DNA of 63,319 nucleotides, the filler included, from Octopus bimaculoides (lineage: Eukaryota): NCBI RefSeq assembly GCF_001194135.2. It is 6 parts of 6 records of this genome, joined end to end, with 100 filler letters (N's around TTAATTAATTAA, not from the genome) between each part and the next. Parts side by side here need not be neighbours in the genome. Positions count along the whole stretch, not along the records: positions 61,684 to 63,319 come from NC_068995.1; 5 more parts are not named here. One strand, written 5' to 3'. The position numbers and the translations under genes are program-made. Under the pieces are notes generated by a model that was given only the letters and a program-made list of their open reading frames with translations, made no database searches and was not told where the DNA came from. Numbering within the stretch: the first letter of the stretch is position 1; each line of letters opens with the position of its first letter. Shown here piece by piece: positions 63,036 to 63,319 of the stretch.

Positions 63036-63319
63036 TCTATATATATAAAAATGAGAATGTGTGTCTGTCTGTCTGTGTGAATCCCTAAAACTCGAGAACT
63101 ACGCAACCAATTTCATTCAAATTTTACACATGCCTTACTTAGGGTTCCAGTTGTGTTTTAGTCAAAAAAAATTATTGACTTCTTGCAGAGTTCGAGCACA
63201 CGGCAACATAATATCTCCTCCACTATTTAAGTATTACGTGTCAAAAGTGAAACAAAAACACTCATGTCAAATACTTTCACTTTAAAAATGAAACTATTCC
63301 ACTAACTGAAACAATCACA
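63036..63319 (+). mobile_element. Non-autonomous Helitron-like element, 5' end
   Basis: A|TCTATATATATAAAAATGAGAATG followed by (GTCT)n; 3' end lies outside the window. Confidence 0.65.

Noticed and set aside
1-63319. Fanzor/TnpB, viral or bacterial insertions, rRNA genes
   Set aside because: No RuvC, capsid, polymerase or rRNA signature was recognised by eye; a profile search was not possible.

Overview
Repeat-dense animal DNA. The SINE families, LINE types and microsatellite load point to an octopus (coleoid cephalopod) genome; this is an inference. No host protein-coding gene could be identified with confidence. The window is mostly nested mobile elements: several tRNA-derived SINE families, non-LTR retrotransposons (a young Tx1/L1-type copy with an intact 3' ORF, R4/Dong-like, CR1/L2-like, RTE), a solo LTR, Tc1/mariner-superfamily remnants (one DD37E element with IR/DR ends), hAT and piggyBac-like MITEs, a Helitron-like 5' end and a tRNA-Val(TAC)-derived pseudogene. 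Five 100-bp gaps carry an artificial TTAATTAATTAA spacer, so the six segments they separate may not be true neighbours. Most long ORFs in the supplied track are microsatellite or N artefacts. Best leads: (1) four canonical and two decayed minimal type I hammerhead ribozymes, one inside a 509-bp terminally redundant retrozyme/Penelope-like unit; (2) a Tx1 LINE that appears to have hit the same nucleotide of a SINE tRNA head twice; (3) a SINE 3' tail matching the 3' end of a co-resident CR1/L2-like LINE, with a compensatory change in the terminal hairpin; (4) three R4/Dong-like 3' ends all joined to (CATA)n; (5) a five-copy head-to-tail SINE array with a repeated junction motif. Coordinates of decayed repeats are approximate.
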